Shown: positions 1 through 11,922 of the stretch, piece after piece | How the letters are laid out: every line of letters begins with the position of its first letter | How positions within the stretch are numbered: the first letter of the stretch is position 1 | Assembly (NCBI GenBank): GCA_008632985.1 | Contig: QPGO01000118.1 | Coordinates: forward strand, 224,227 to 265,276 | DNA from: Psammoneis japonica | Lineage: Eukaryota | Reading direction: 5' to 3' | DNA: 41,050 nucleotides | Position numbers and translations under genes: made by a program | Notes under the pieces: generated by a model | What the model saw: the letters and a program-made list of their open reading frames with translations, nothing else | What the model was told of the DNA's origin: nothing | Databases searched by the model: none

Positions 1-2279
1 TTTTTTGATTTCTGACCGTGCTTGTGCCTCAGGTGTCGAAGCTGCTGATTGCTGACTGTTTTAGGCACAGTGCGACAGGCAAGATTGACAGTGCAATCAT
101 GATCAAAAGTCTCCATGATGGACAGTCGAGCACAATCCTCGCCACATGTCAACCCAGTTGTGCAGATCCGACTGGTCAGTTTGGACAGTGTTCTTTTACC
201 ATCACGCCTGAAATCTCTGTTGTCAGAATGCAGATTGTCTCTTGCTGTGTTTGTGTCTTCAAACCATGCCTGAATGTGACCGTGTGCCGAGAGTCTACCT
301 TGTTCTTCCATTGCAGCTGTGAAAGCGGAGGGTCTCCCTGTGTAGAATTCAAAATCTTTTCTGGGTGAATTCCTTTTTAAGTCCCATCCTGTCACTTCTT
401 CTGTGACGATTTCCAATGACATTTCGAATGCAAAAGCCGTGACACCCGGGCACTCCACACGAAGCTCGTTTCTTGCCTCAGCCTTTTCGGTCAATTCTTC
501 ATCCGACATTTCTGTCACATCTCTGCCTTTGTCGATGAGCATGTCCGTGTGAATTTGAACTAAAAAGGAATTGGCATCATCGGGGCTTGTCGTTAAAAAT
601 GCTCCAGGTTGTCCAAAGTGGTGTTGGCAGGTTTCAGCATTTCTTCTCATTTTTTTTGCTGCTTCATTTGCATGTGGAATAGATGCCGACACCACATCCA
701 CTGCACTTAAGAAACGATGTCCCAATGCGCAATTCCTGCGTTCACCGGTCTGTCTGTCACATGTGGCACGGTCGACGTCGTCTTGTGTCAGTTCATTTGA
801 GAATTGTCTGGCTTGATTTTTGTCTCTTACTTTCCATCCAGCACTGTGCACCATTCGTTGCTTCACAGTCAGATTGCACAGGGTCAGAACAAAGAGTTGC
901 TTGTGGAAATGGGGCTGAGAAATGTGGGCCAAGTGATCTGCACAATGTGCTAGATTTGCACAGTCGGCGAGACTCCCGTCTTCTTTCATTCTTGTTTCAT
1001 CAACACCGCCACGCCCATGAGGAAATTGCAGCAAGCAAGCACATGCCAGGTTGTCATCCTCAAAGTCACTGACTGATTCTTTCAAAAGATCAGCTTTGAA
1101 TTCAATGTCAAAACTGCTTGCAGCTGCATCGTGCACCAAGTCTTTGAAGCTGTCTAAATTACGTTGTCCACCAGTTGTTGAAGAAACGGCACCATCGGGG
1201 AAACAAACACTGCAGGACTCCGTGGTTTCAATGTTTGCATTTTCGCTTTCGTCTAAACTGCCATTGTCCACTAAAACTGGATTCTGTAAATTACTTCGCA
1301 CTTCCTCTAGATCGATGTCTTGATTCATCCAATTCTCGTGGTGATGGACAAGCCATTCTAGTGCTCTCATTACACAGTGAGTCCTGATTTTGTTCTTTTG
1401 TCTGGCCACTCGCCTTTGCTCTGGTGTCATTTTGCCGGATGCCAACACAACCACATTTTGATGAAGGTTCAACACGTCAAAGTGCATGGTGGTGCGGGCG
1501 ATGCTCTTTGTGTTTATCTTGCAATGGGAAAGACCACCTTGCAGTTTCTTCTGTTTGCCGCCGACAAAACTGAAGCAGCAGCCATGTGTTTTCACAGGTG
1601 TCAACAAAGCCAGTTCTGCTTCGGTAAGACACGATAATTCAGGTGGTGGTGTTCCAAAACAGCAGTTGTTTGCCATTGCGTGTGGAGGCATAGAAGCAGT
1701 GCAGAGACTTCTTTCACAAGGCCTGCAACAAGTGAATCCTTCAGACCTTCTGTTGTCATTCGGAACAACATGTCGAGCTCTTGGCAAAAGCAACAGGTCG
1801 GAAATCCATCGGCAATCCCGTGGAATGTGGTTGTCATCGATGCGATGACAATCGTGTGGGTCTTCCGACACTTGGTTCCATTCAGATGGAGTTGACAGGT
1901 GTCTGGCTTCTTTCAATTTGTTGATAGAAAGTCGAGCAGTCTGAGACGGTTTTAACAATCTGTCACACACCAAACAAACCCAAGGGACGCACTCGTTTCC
2001 ATTCCTGCAACAAAGCTTCTCAAAACGTCTGTTCACATTGTCTCGGTGCCTGGTGTTGCTGTCATCCACAAGACAGCTTGTAACGGCAGGCTCACACTGC
2101 GCAAAGATGAGTTGAACCAACAACGCAGCAACAGGTGCACACCAGACAACACGACGACCCATGAGACTTGCAATGAGAACAATCTGAGTAAAGTCAATGT
2201 GATCAATAGATGGCAGATGATCCGACCTGCAACTGGTGTTCCCAGTCACTGCAGGGTCCACTTCCAGTGTTTTCTGGAC
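1..2279 (-). mobile_element. Helitron RepHel ORF (DUF6570-like N-terminal region plus Rep/HUH motifs), hypermutated, runs off the left edge
   Basis: Manual translation of the minus frame (codons starting at 2279, 2276 ... 5) is open to the window edge. It is absent from the ORF track because there is no stop. Motifs: CRPCERSLCTASMPPHAMANNCCFGTPPPELSCLTEAEL, RALEWLVHHH, LLQFPHGRGG, FGQPGAFLTTSPDD (Rep motif 1), EEQGRLSAHGHIQAW (HUH motif 2). Upstream in-frame TGAs at 2282 and 2318 may be CGA->TGA. Confidence 0.85.
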
Positions 2280-3146
2280 TCAGCAGACGAGTGTGTGCAA
2301 CAAATCTTCAGCACATCAAGAGCACAATGAACAACAATGAGTGCGATGTGACAAATCTGCAACCGGTGTTTCCCGGTCTCTGCAGACTCTGCGACCAGTG
2401 CATTCTGGTCCCCGCAGATGTTGTCTCAGCTGCAACTGGTGATGCTTTGTGTCGAGATGGCTGGAGAGTCTTCCTTTGCAAAAGTTCAGATCTCATGAAA
2501 AATGAGGGTTGAAGCAAACTTCCGTGCATGATTGACGGACCCGACACATTGTAGATCACTCGTCTCGATTTACTTGACACATCATCGTTCGCTCGTGCGT
2601 TCTACATTGGGATGTGCTGCTGACAGCAGCGGCATCACACCGGTGAGGTTGTGAACGTCAGCGGGAACGACATCTTGTGGAAGTTCAATGTGCGATGATG
2701 CATCTCGCAGTTGAAGTCGGTTCTGCCCACTACGACCACACGACGTTTGTGCGACTGTGACGCCTCATGTCTCGATCTACTGCCAAGTGTAACAGATGTG
2801 TGTTGTTGCAGTGTATCCTCATGATCGGCACGTTCCTTTCATCCCACTTGTGAGTCATGTCGTCTCGCAATGCATGCACTGACATTGAACCATTCGAGTG
2901 AAAAGATTCCAAATTTTAGAAAGATTTCCAGCCACACCTTTCTTTCGTACAATTTTACGTAGCCTGTCATGCTGGTCCTTCTTTCCTGCGTCTCGCAGTG
3001 GAAATTGCACGCAACATGAGTGACGCACCCACACGACCGTCACTGCACGACCGCTGCTGTGTTGGCTCTTCGTGGGAGCTCAGTGACTGGTGACCTTGTT
3101 TTTGGCTCACAATTTTGTGCCAATCAACAACGCAAGACTTTGTAAG

Positions 3147-3340
3147 ATGGCCCGTAAAACGCGAGGTTCTACCAAGAAGTTGGGCGCTTCTCCAACCAAG
3201 AAACAGCAGTCTCCCGTCAAGTTTTCTGCTTCCCTCATGAAAAAAATTGCCCCTGCCAAGACCGTTGGTCTCAATGATGAAGACATGAAGGCCGAAGATT
3301 TGTTGGCCAAGACGGGCATCAAGGTTGAAGTCGGCGCTAC
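3147..3340 (+). pseudogene. Lys-rich ORF fragment (MARKTRGSTKK...), apparently truncated at about 3340
   Basis: ATG at 3147 with protein-like sequence up to about 3340, after which the frame reads the antisense of another ORF. No family recognised. Confidence 0.3.
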
Positions 3341-3488
3341 CTCCGCGGTCTACCTCCGTGGTCGCAGTTGTGATCGTTGCGTCACGCGGCGGTGCAAGAG
3401 ACGCTGGCGTTGCGGCAACGGTGCCTTCGATTTCCTTTGCAAGAGACGTGTCCTTTTCATGAGACGACGTTGCATCCGATTCCTCCAT
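3340..3488 (-). pseudogene. Possible 5' fragment of a host gene (MEESDATSSHEK...), divergent from the DUF1275 gene
   Basis: ATG at 3488 below a promoter-like region with normal TA content; low-complexity N-terminus ending at the 13-bp duplication at 3337-3362. Confidence 0.3.
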
Positions 3489-3991
3489 AGTGGTGTATAA
3501 CACAAAACACGGAGGTTGTCGACAACGACCAGCGGTGCACTCCATGAAAGTGACTGATGCTACGCCGCTCGCTAATGGCGAGAACCGCGAAACAAAACGG
3601 AAGGCGTCCGTCGATTGGGTGCAATAGCCCTACGGTAGTATGTACTGTATGTGTTATGTAGGATGCATACCAGACACATGTTCTTGCTGACGTCGTACAG
3701 TATGTTTCAACGAATTCTACTGTACAAATCCTACTTATTATGTAACCGTGGCTGGATGTGAGGAACTGCTGGATAGCCATTGTATGCCTTGAGATAAACA
3801 TACTAACATACCAGAAACAATCACGTACTTTGGACCATTCCATGTCGGAACTCTAAATAACGATGATGTTTCGGGTGAAGTGCATCACTTTTTTCGTTGC
3901 GTTGGATGGCCGGCCATCACTTTTTGTGGATGTTCGTTGCTTTCGCTCTCTCTGCGGTTCGTGCCGTCGCATTGACAGGTTAACATCCATC

Positions 3992-5209
3992 ATGTCACCA
4001 CCTCTCTATAATGACGACAAGAAGGAATGCTTCTCATCAGAGGATATAGAACAAGGCAACGAGAGCCAAAAGAGTTCCTCAAGCATAACGCATGATAATT
4101 CGTCCGAGTCGAGCCATCATACCAACAAGGAATCATCCTCGTCGACCAACACCAACAACGACAAGGTCGTCTGTCCTTTTAATGACCAATACTCTCATCA
4201 CGAGTATATTTTTGTTGTTTGTGCTGGATTAGCTTTATCGTTCAATTCCGGTTACATCAATGGCGCGTGTCTGTCGGGACTTTTAGTCGACACTCGTCAG
4301 TCGGTTTCGGCCTTTACGGGTGCCTACACGGTATCGGCTTTGGCCTTGGCGGATAGCAATGTCGATTTGTTTGGATTTCAATTCAGCATGATTCTAAGCT
4401 TTATGGCCGGTGCCACCCTTGCTGGCATCTTGACACCCAAGGCACAAGCGTGGCGTATTGCACCAACCTATGGACCAACCTTTTTGGTGGGTGGTTGCTT
4501 TCTCTTGATTGCCACGCTGCTCGCCATGTTGGACAGTGACGATTCAAAACGACTCTTTTATTTTGCGGCAGCCGCAAATGGAGTTCAGAATGGAATTTCG
4601 AGCATGTATTCGTCCAATCTCATTCGTACCAGTCACTTGACGGGAACGTCCACCGACATTGGCTTGCTCGTTGGACAGTGTCTTCGTGGAAATTGTAAAC
4701 AGCTTTGGAAGCTGCGCTTGTTGGTAGGATTGGCGACATTTTTTTGGTTGGGCGGAATCGTGTCCTTGTATGCAACTCGAAGATTCACAAGACAATCTCT
4801 CTTGTTTAATACAATCTTGTTCTTTTCGATTGGACTTGCGTTGGTGGTGTTTTTGAGCAAGGAATTGGGCATTAGCATGTGGCAAGCCACGTGGGGCTCG
4901 TGGAGTTGGCAAGAAGCCCTGCACAAGCTGAGTTTGTACACGGCCGATGGACGACCCGTATCGGCTGAATCCATGATGGATGTGTTTGACAAGATTGATG
5001 CCGATGGTAGCGGTACGATTGAAGAGGACGAGTTGTACAGCGCGTTGAAGGAGGCGGGATTGACACGATTGAGTCACAAGCGAGTCAAGGCTATGATGAG
5101 TGTGGCAGATGAGAATTCAGATGGACTGTTGTCTCGAGAGGAATGGAAGGAACTTGTCATGGGAACAGTGTCTGACAAAAGTGCCAATCAAGGACAAGCA
5201 GCACAGTAG
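3992..5209 (+). CDS. DUF1275/YoaK-like multi-pass membrane protein with a C-terminal EF-hand pair (copy 1, intact)
   Basis: Intronless 405-aa ORF. The ATG at 3992 was chosen by alignment with copy 2. Motifs GYINGACL, AAANGVQN, RTSHLTGTSTDIG, about 6 hydrophobic helices, EF-loops DADGSGTIEEDE and DENSDGLLSREE. Confidence 0.88.
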   Translation: MSPPLYNDDKKECFSSEDIEQGNESQKSSSSITHDNSSESSHHTNKESSSSTNTNNDKVVCPFNDQYSHHEYIFVVCAGLALSFNSGYINGACLSGLLVDTRQSVSAFTGAYTVSALALADSNVDLFGFQFSMILSFMAGATLAGILTPKAQAWRIAPTYGPTFLVGGCFLLIATLLAMLDSDDSKRLFYFAAAANGVQNGISSMYSSNLIRTSHLTGTSTDIGLLVGQCLRGNCKQLWKLRLLVGLATFFWLGGIVSLYATRRFTRQSLLFNTILFFSIGLALVVFLSKELGISMWQATWGSWSWQEALHKLSLYTADGRPVSAESMMDVFDKIDADGSGTIEEDELYSALKEAGLTRLSHKRVKAMMSVADENSDGLLSREEWKELVMGTVSDKSANQGQAAQ

Positions 5210-5519
5210 TGTAGTGTGAGCCAACACAAACGAGTAGAAATAATAGAATAAGGTTACCATGGCCCAGCAGTCTTGAGTTTAGTCTTACGTTGCAGTGGTC
5301 GCCTAGTCTGGAGTGCAACATTGTTGATGCTCAACAGCCGTTTCTTTGTGAAAAAGAGCTGGTCGTCACCTTCACTCCGTTCTGGAGGTCTGTTCAACAT
5401 GACAATCGCCAGGGCGATTGCCGTCTGTGGTGTCGCTCGCACTCTCTCTTCTTTAGGCTAGTGCACTCCCGTTGAAGTAGCCTTGGCGCGGCTAGATGCA
5501 TGAGCTTGACCTTGAGATT

Positions 5520-8500
5520 GAGCTCAAATCCTGTGAACCGGGGACTGCACTCCAGCTGGAGAGCTGCTGCAACATTCAGAGAAAAGCCTGTCCTCATGGC
5601 TGACCCCACCCAAACTGACCAAGGGCCATGACAAAAGATGCAATCCAACCAAAATCCAATTGCAAGCTGAAGAGAGCAAAGCACCAAGTTGGAAAGGCAT
5701 GATGAAGAGATCAAGGCACCAAGTCAGAGTGCCCTGTGTGCACTGAGGGGGGGGGAGCAAGCAGCAGCTCAGGTTGGTGTTCAGAGCCTCCCAGGATGCA
5801 CCACTTCCCAGTGAAGGTCCAAATGGAGTGAGCAGCGTGCAAAGTTGCTGGGTGCTGCCCAGCACCCATGGCCAACCCCCACATGCACTGGTGGCAGCAA
5901 AAGAGCAATGCTGCTCCCCAAACACACGTGCACATGCCATCAGCAAAATTGCACCATTGGCCGACCACACTCTGTGCACAGCAAAAATGATGTGCATTTT
6001 GGCAAAATCTCTGATGATTTTTGGCCATGTCAAACTCATCTTTTGACACACTTGCTCAGCACACAAGTCAACAAAACAAACACTGTGAGGACTTCCTCAT
6101 CTCTCACAGGTTGTGCAGTTTTTTGTGGCATGCTGCACACAGCATCCAAGCCACATGCCTGAACAATGGCTTGTGCCAAGCAGCTGCAAGTGAGAGACAG
6201 TTGGCTTGGGTGGGAAGGTGGGGGCATTTTCCTCAAAAAAACATCATGGCCTTTTTTTCTTCTTGACACACATGCCATGGAGTTTTGTGATGCCAGCCAT
6301 GGCCATGCAGGGTGTGTGCAAGTTTTCAATGAGAGGAGCAGGGCCCTTTGATCATGATTTTGGATGAGGAAACCTTGACCTGTGTGCTTCTTTCCCTCCC
6401 ATGGCATTGCAAGGGTCCACATGTTGCCTTCACTGTGTTGCTGTTGTTGTTCAAGAAGACATTGCATGACAACTCATTTGTTTGGTCATTTTGAGAATTA
6501 GATGGAACAAACACTGCCGGATGTGAGGGCATTTGAGCAAATTCAGCCTCAGTCACTGGAAGCTGGTGCAGTGCAACAGAAAACAAGTTGACATGGCAAT
6601 CAGCAGGAAGTCCAGAATTGTGAGTTGACTGGCCATGTGGCCTGCCATTTGGGTGAGACAGTGACAGGCTTGAGCCACCAAAACTGTTGAACATCTGTCT
6701 CACAACACCATGGCAGGATTTGCTTGGTCCCTCACAAACTGACCCTGGCTGCTGTGATGGGGTCAATTTGACACAAATCCTGCATGCTGCATTGCTGGCC
6801 TGTTCCAGGCAAAAGAAAACCATCCTTAGATTGTTGGGGTTGACAAAACAACTGCTGCCCCTGTTTTTGGGTTTGGAAAATCCTGGCTGCTCTGCTTTGG
6901 CTCAACCCCTGATTCCCACAAAATGTGGTGCATGAACTCCCTGAGCTTTGATCTGGGCAAAAGTTTGGTGAGAATGACACCCACCAGATTTGTGCACCCA
7001 TCATCCCATGAAAGCTGCATGACTCCAGCAGCTTGTGCCTCACGAGCCTTGTGACAGATGATCACATCATGCACCCTCTTCAGCACAGCTGTCATGTTGG
7101 ATTCTTAAAGACAGAAAACAATGGAGGGCCCCTCAATTGGGGCACCCAGCATGCAAAACTTGTGACACAAAGTTTCTGCAGGCTCTGCTGCAATTTTCAT
7201 TGCAACAAATTCTGACCCAGGTGTCAAGGACTCAATGGCATTCTGCTGTTTTGAGTGCCACAAAAACAATGACCCCAAAATTAAACCTTCTCATCAAGTG
7301 ACAACTGGCATGACCCACACTGACAACACATGCTGTGGTGACACTCTTTTCCTGTGCCCAGGAAAAATCATGCGAGACAGCTTTGGCTGCCCCAGGTCTC
7401 TGTTCTGACCAACCACGCCTTTGTCCATCTCAAATGTGCCTTCATTCAAACAAGCAAATGTGCAAAGCACAGCATCAACATGGCTCCTGACTCATGGAGC
7501 CACACCACATGGGGTGACAGAATTGAAGTTGGTGTGACATCACAGTCTTGATGCAGAGCCAAGCTTGATCATCCATTGCAGGACTGTGTTGTGGCCAATC
7601 CAGTGAAGGCCCCAGGCAGTGAAAAATGTGGCAGCAGCCACAGCAGAGCAGCAGCATGCAACCTCTTCAGAGGTGTGACAGTTGTGCTCAGAAAGGTGCA
7701 AAATTGTCATTTGCATGTGAAAAAGCAAAGTGTGCACTGAGTGAGCAATCACACTTTGTGAAGTTGGCATTTCCATCAACACACACACAATGCAATGGCA
7801 AAAAAGTGCATGTTCAACCCTTGTCAATTGATGCACTGCATGTCCCACCACATGCATGAATGTGTGTGCACCACAAGTCATCTTCAATGACTTGCTCTCC
7901 ATCATTGTGCCACTGTCTGGCCAAATGAGTGGTGTTTGTCTGCACTCATTGCCAAATGTTTTGTCCAGCAGGAGCTGCAGTGACACAAGCAAGTGATGGC
8001 CAACAGTGCTTGTCATGAAAATCAATCAAATGGCACAGTCAGTCATCACATCCCAGCCATTGCCATTCAAGGCACAATGCAGAGTGGAGAACAAGTTGGC
8101 ACAGCACAGCCAACAGGAAATCTGGAACTGCAGATTCATTGGCTGCATGTGGCCTGGCACTTGGTGACAGTGACAGGCTCACTCAAACAACCAAAACTGT
8201 CAAACATCTGTCTGATGGCCCTGCAGCATCATTTGCTTGCATTGGGTTGGCCAAAATTAAAAAAAAAATTGGTCAAAATTTTGTTTGGCTCATGCAACTC
8301 AAGAAAGTTGGCCAAATTTTCTGGTGATTTTTTGATGGACAGAGTGTGTCTCAGTGCTGCAAAAATTCACTTCATTGATTGGGCAAAATCAAGCATCCAA
8401 AAACTCAGATTTGTTAAAAACAAGTGCATGTGCAGCAAACACACAAACACAAAACTGAAACAATCACACACCACCCCAGTTGGGGGTCAACCAATCAGCA

Positions 8501-11457
8501 TCACATGTGCCAAGTGGCTGTTTCATTGCCTGTTAGATTTGTGATCTTCTCTGCCACAAGAAAATCTCAAGCCCTCTTCACTGCATTCTCTGGCAGCATG
8601 AATTGTGCATGAGGCAGTGCTCTTTGGCAATGTGCAAGTCTTGTTCAGGATGACACCCAAGTGTGTGAGGCTTGGCACTGACCTCACCCCTCCAACCAAC
8701 AACTCACACACAGCTGCTGATTGCATCATTGCCAAACCACTTGCCATGAAACAATTGGGGCTGTGCCCTGCCATGGCAAGTCAAGTGTGTTTTCTTTCAA
8801 AGCTGTGCTGTTTTTGGCTGCTTCTTCTCACTGCATGTTTGCTTTTTCTGGCAGCCTTCAGGTGCCAACAGGGCTGCCAAATGTTGGGATTTGCACACTC
8901 ACCACTGCCACCAGCACTTCAAGAAGTGTGGAACAGAGCAAGGTCAAGGGCACTCATTGCTGTCTTCACCTCATCTTTGTGACTTTGCAAAAAGAGCTTG
9001 TTGCGTGTTTTTGGGAGCTGCATGTTTTTCTCACTCTTGCCACAGATGTGCACAATGCACTGCCTGGGTTGAGTTGTGCTGTTTCTGTTGCAATCCAATC
9101 TGTTTGGTGCATGAGCAGCACCAAGACCAGCACAAGCCCTGCTGCAATGGCAAAGGTGCCCCCAGCAGGCCCAGTGCCTCATGCAGCTCTGCAAACACAT
9201 GCTGCACAGTGCAAATGAAGCAGTGTCAACTGCTCTTCTGCCACCTGGTCTGTTCCTTCAGGCAACTGCAACTTCAACCATGGTTTTGTTTGAGAGGAAA
9301 TGGGATCTTTGTTCTTGGACAGGTTGTCATTTGCAGTTTGCAGTTGAGGAGGGTTGCACCCATCATGGGAGGAAGCTGGGCCTTTTGAGGATGGCTCAGC
9401 ATGTGAACATCCTCCACTTTTGGCCACAAAGCAAAACACAAGAAGTGTGCTTGATGCACAAGGGCAATTGCCATTTGCCATTTGCCCTCATTGCACTTGC
9501 CAAGTGTTTCTGCGGGAAGCTTTGGAGGCATTGACAGAGCAGTGCTGCAAAAAACATGGATCCAGCCCTCTGTGGGCAATGTTGGACAATCCCGTCAACC
9601 ATGTGTCAGATGCTTTTGAAGTGTGCAATGGCAACAAGGGTCTCCATCTTTGTTTGCCAGTCAAGCCAGCCAGGTGGGTGTTGACAATGGCATCACATGT
9701 GACTGTCATTGCAACAAGGGGTCCGAAAGAGCACCTCATCTGCCATTTCCTGTTGGCATTTTGCTTGCCACCCTGATGTTGGCCATTCCCATGGCCAGTT
9801 GAATGGCTGAGAAATGTTCAAAGAATGATGCTGGACTCCAAGGACCTTGTGCCAAGCCACCTGGAACCCAAGCAGCAAACATCAAATGGACAGCCCTGCT
9901 CTCATTCATGCAATGGTGCTGGCATCTAAATCAGCACATGTGCCACAACTGACCTCCCCCCCTGGCTGCCAGTGGGGCAGCTCCCATTTCAAGATGACAT
10001 GCACCAGCATTGCCACATTGACTTTGCAGCCAAGCTGGACCAAGAAATTGATGGCAAAAAATGGGTGGTTTGCCAAGACAGATGCAGGCTGGCCATCCAT
10101 GTTGCATCTGCTGCAGCACTGAGAATGGTGCTGTTGGTCAGCACACTGTCTGAAACCCATCTTTCACTGTGAAGGAGCCAAGCACCAGAAAACTGATGCA
10201 TCACAGCACCAACATTCAGATGTGCAAATCTGTCAACAGTGTGTGCTGCACCAGCCACAGTGTGAAATCCAAGACCCAACCCTCCACTGTCTTTTGCAAA
10301 GCTGCTTCACATCTCAAGCATCGTGTCTTTGAGTCTCCCATGTGCTGTGGTGGGGAGAAGTTCATGAGTGGATTCCTGGCTCAGGGCCTTTGCAATGCAG
10401 ACACTGACATTTGTGCAATGACTGTGTGTGATGTGGGGGTGCATCTTTCCTTGAAATTCAATCTCAGTTGTCTCAAAATGACATCAACAAAGTTGATGCT
10501 CAGTGTCTGTGCTGCACCTCTCTGCTTTTTGTTGTTGAAACTCATGTGCTGCTGCTGTTGACCCAACAAGACTTGCCTCGGGAAGTGTTTGATGAAACTT
10601 TTGGTTGCTGCATCATGAAAATGATGCCCACCCTTTTCAAGGTCAAGAAACACAGTTTGCAGATGTTGCAGTCCTTCTGGCAACAAGGCAGCAGTCACTG
10701 CCTGGTCAAAGCAGAGAAACTCTCCAGGAAGTTGTGGAAGTCAAAGGTTTGGATGCAGACTGGTGTGTGTTCCCTCACATTTGGAAATGCAGTTTAGCCA
10801 AGCATTCAAGCACAGGAGCTGAACAGCTCAAAGCCTGGAAAGAAATTTGCAAGCTGCTTGTTGAAAATGTCAGAGTTGGAGCACCAACCTGACTGGAACA
10901 CACTTGGTTGCCATGAAGTCTCTCTTTGGTTTCCTGCCAAGTTGGGTGCCTGAAGTGGCCCTGCTGCTCATCAAGGGCATCAGCCCACCCAATGGACTGA
11001 GCTTGGAAAGCAAAATGAGATTGTCTGCAAAGACTCTGGTGTGCACTGCAGGAGTTCTTTTGCAGGGTGTTGACAGCATGCAAGATGCAGCCATCAAGAG
11101 TTGGAGTTTTGTGACACCTTGTTCAAGGATTTGGACAGAGCAGTTGTGCATTTGCCCAGTCAAGATTCACATGGACAGTGCAAGCAAATCATTGCATTTC
11201 TCTCCTTTGGTCACAAACAGTTGAAGTGGCACAAAGTGCAAGTTCTTGTCTGAACATTGTCCTTTGCAAAAACAGACAGCTGCCATCCCCTGTTGTTTTG
11301 CAGTCACCAGAGTTTCCCAGGAAGCCTTTGTTGCCTGAGGTGCAATTTGCTGTTGGCTGAAAAGTCAATTTGCTGCAAACCCTTGGCTGTGTTGGCTGGA
11401 ATGTCCTCCAGAAAGTTCTTCATGTGAAGCACCTGGAGTCAAGCAGAGTTGGACAAG
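5520..11457. mobile_element. Heavily degenerate repeat/TE block, almost free of TA and CG; right part probably continuous with the MULE at 18600-21443
   Basis: TG/CA-saturated sequence with no intact ORF. Its right end is joined to 18600 by the gypsy TSD. A possible Ulp1-like remnant lies on the minus strand near 9940-10220. Confidence 0.6.
6577..8213 (+). repeat. Diverged dispersed direct repeat, about 125 bp (6577-6700 and 8087-8213)
   Basis: Shared blocks aacaagttg, cagga, catgtggcctg, gacagtgacaggct, accaaaactgt and aacatctgtct occur in the same order. Confidence 0.65.
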
Positions 11458-11461
11458 CTGG

Positions 11462-11893
11462 TGCCCCATGCATGTGCCAGGCGCTGAAAAAGAAGATGTG
11501 TTACGACTTTGTCGTTGTGAAAATTATGAGCTGGTTTAGAGTAGAGAAAATGGGATCGTGTGAACAGGGAATCTTGCCAAATCCCCACTCGTTCGCATTT
11601 GGATCGCATCAAATCGATCGTGCGTTCGCATTGTGGATCGTGCGAATCAAGCCATCACGCGCCATGCACGAGTGATGTCATCGTGTGGAATCACGCCACC
11701 ATCGTGGGCCAGACGACGGGCTAGTGTGCTTCACACGGATGCTCTCTTGGCATCCTTCTGGAATTGCCCAAGACCCAGAGCCACGCCCTCCTGTGGTCGT
11801 GCTTCCCAGGCACGTGTTGACAACACTGCGTTGCCACGCACAAGAGGCTCATGCACGGTCTCGCCGTGTTGTCCAGCAGCGAGGCATGCTGCA
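11462..11893 (-). repeat. Gypsy 3' LTR
   Basis: Ungapped match to 18164-18595 with about 31 mismatches; adjacent PPT. Confidence 0.95.
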
Positions 11894-11922
11894 CACTCCC
11901 CCATGATCAGGGCCGTCAGGTC

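Noticed and set aside
3863..3991. Longer N-terminus for the DUF1275 gene (also 21517-21627)
   Set aside because: Not conserved in protein between the paralogs; similarity starts at MSP.
5254..5520. Possible 3' end of a convergent minus-strand gene
   Set aside because: No recognisable motif and inconsistent frames.
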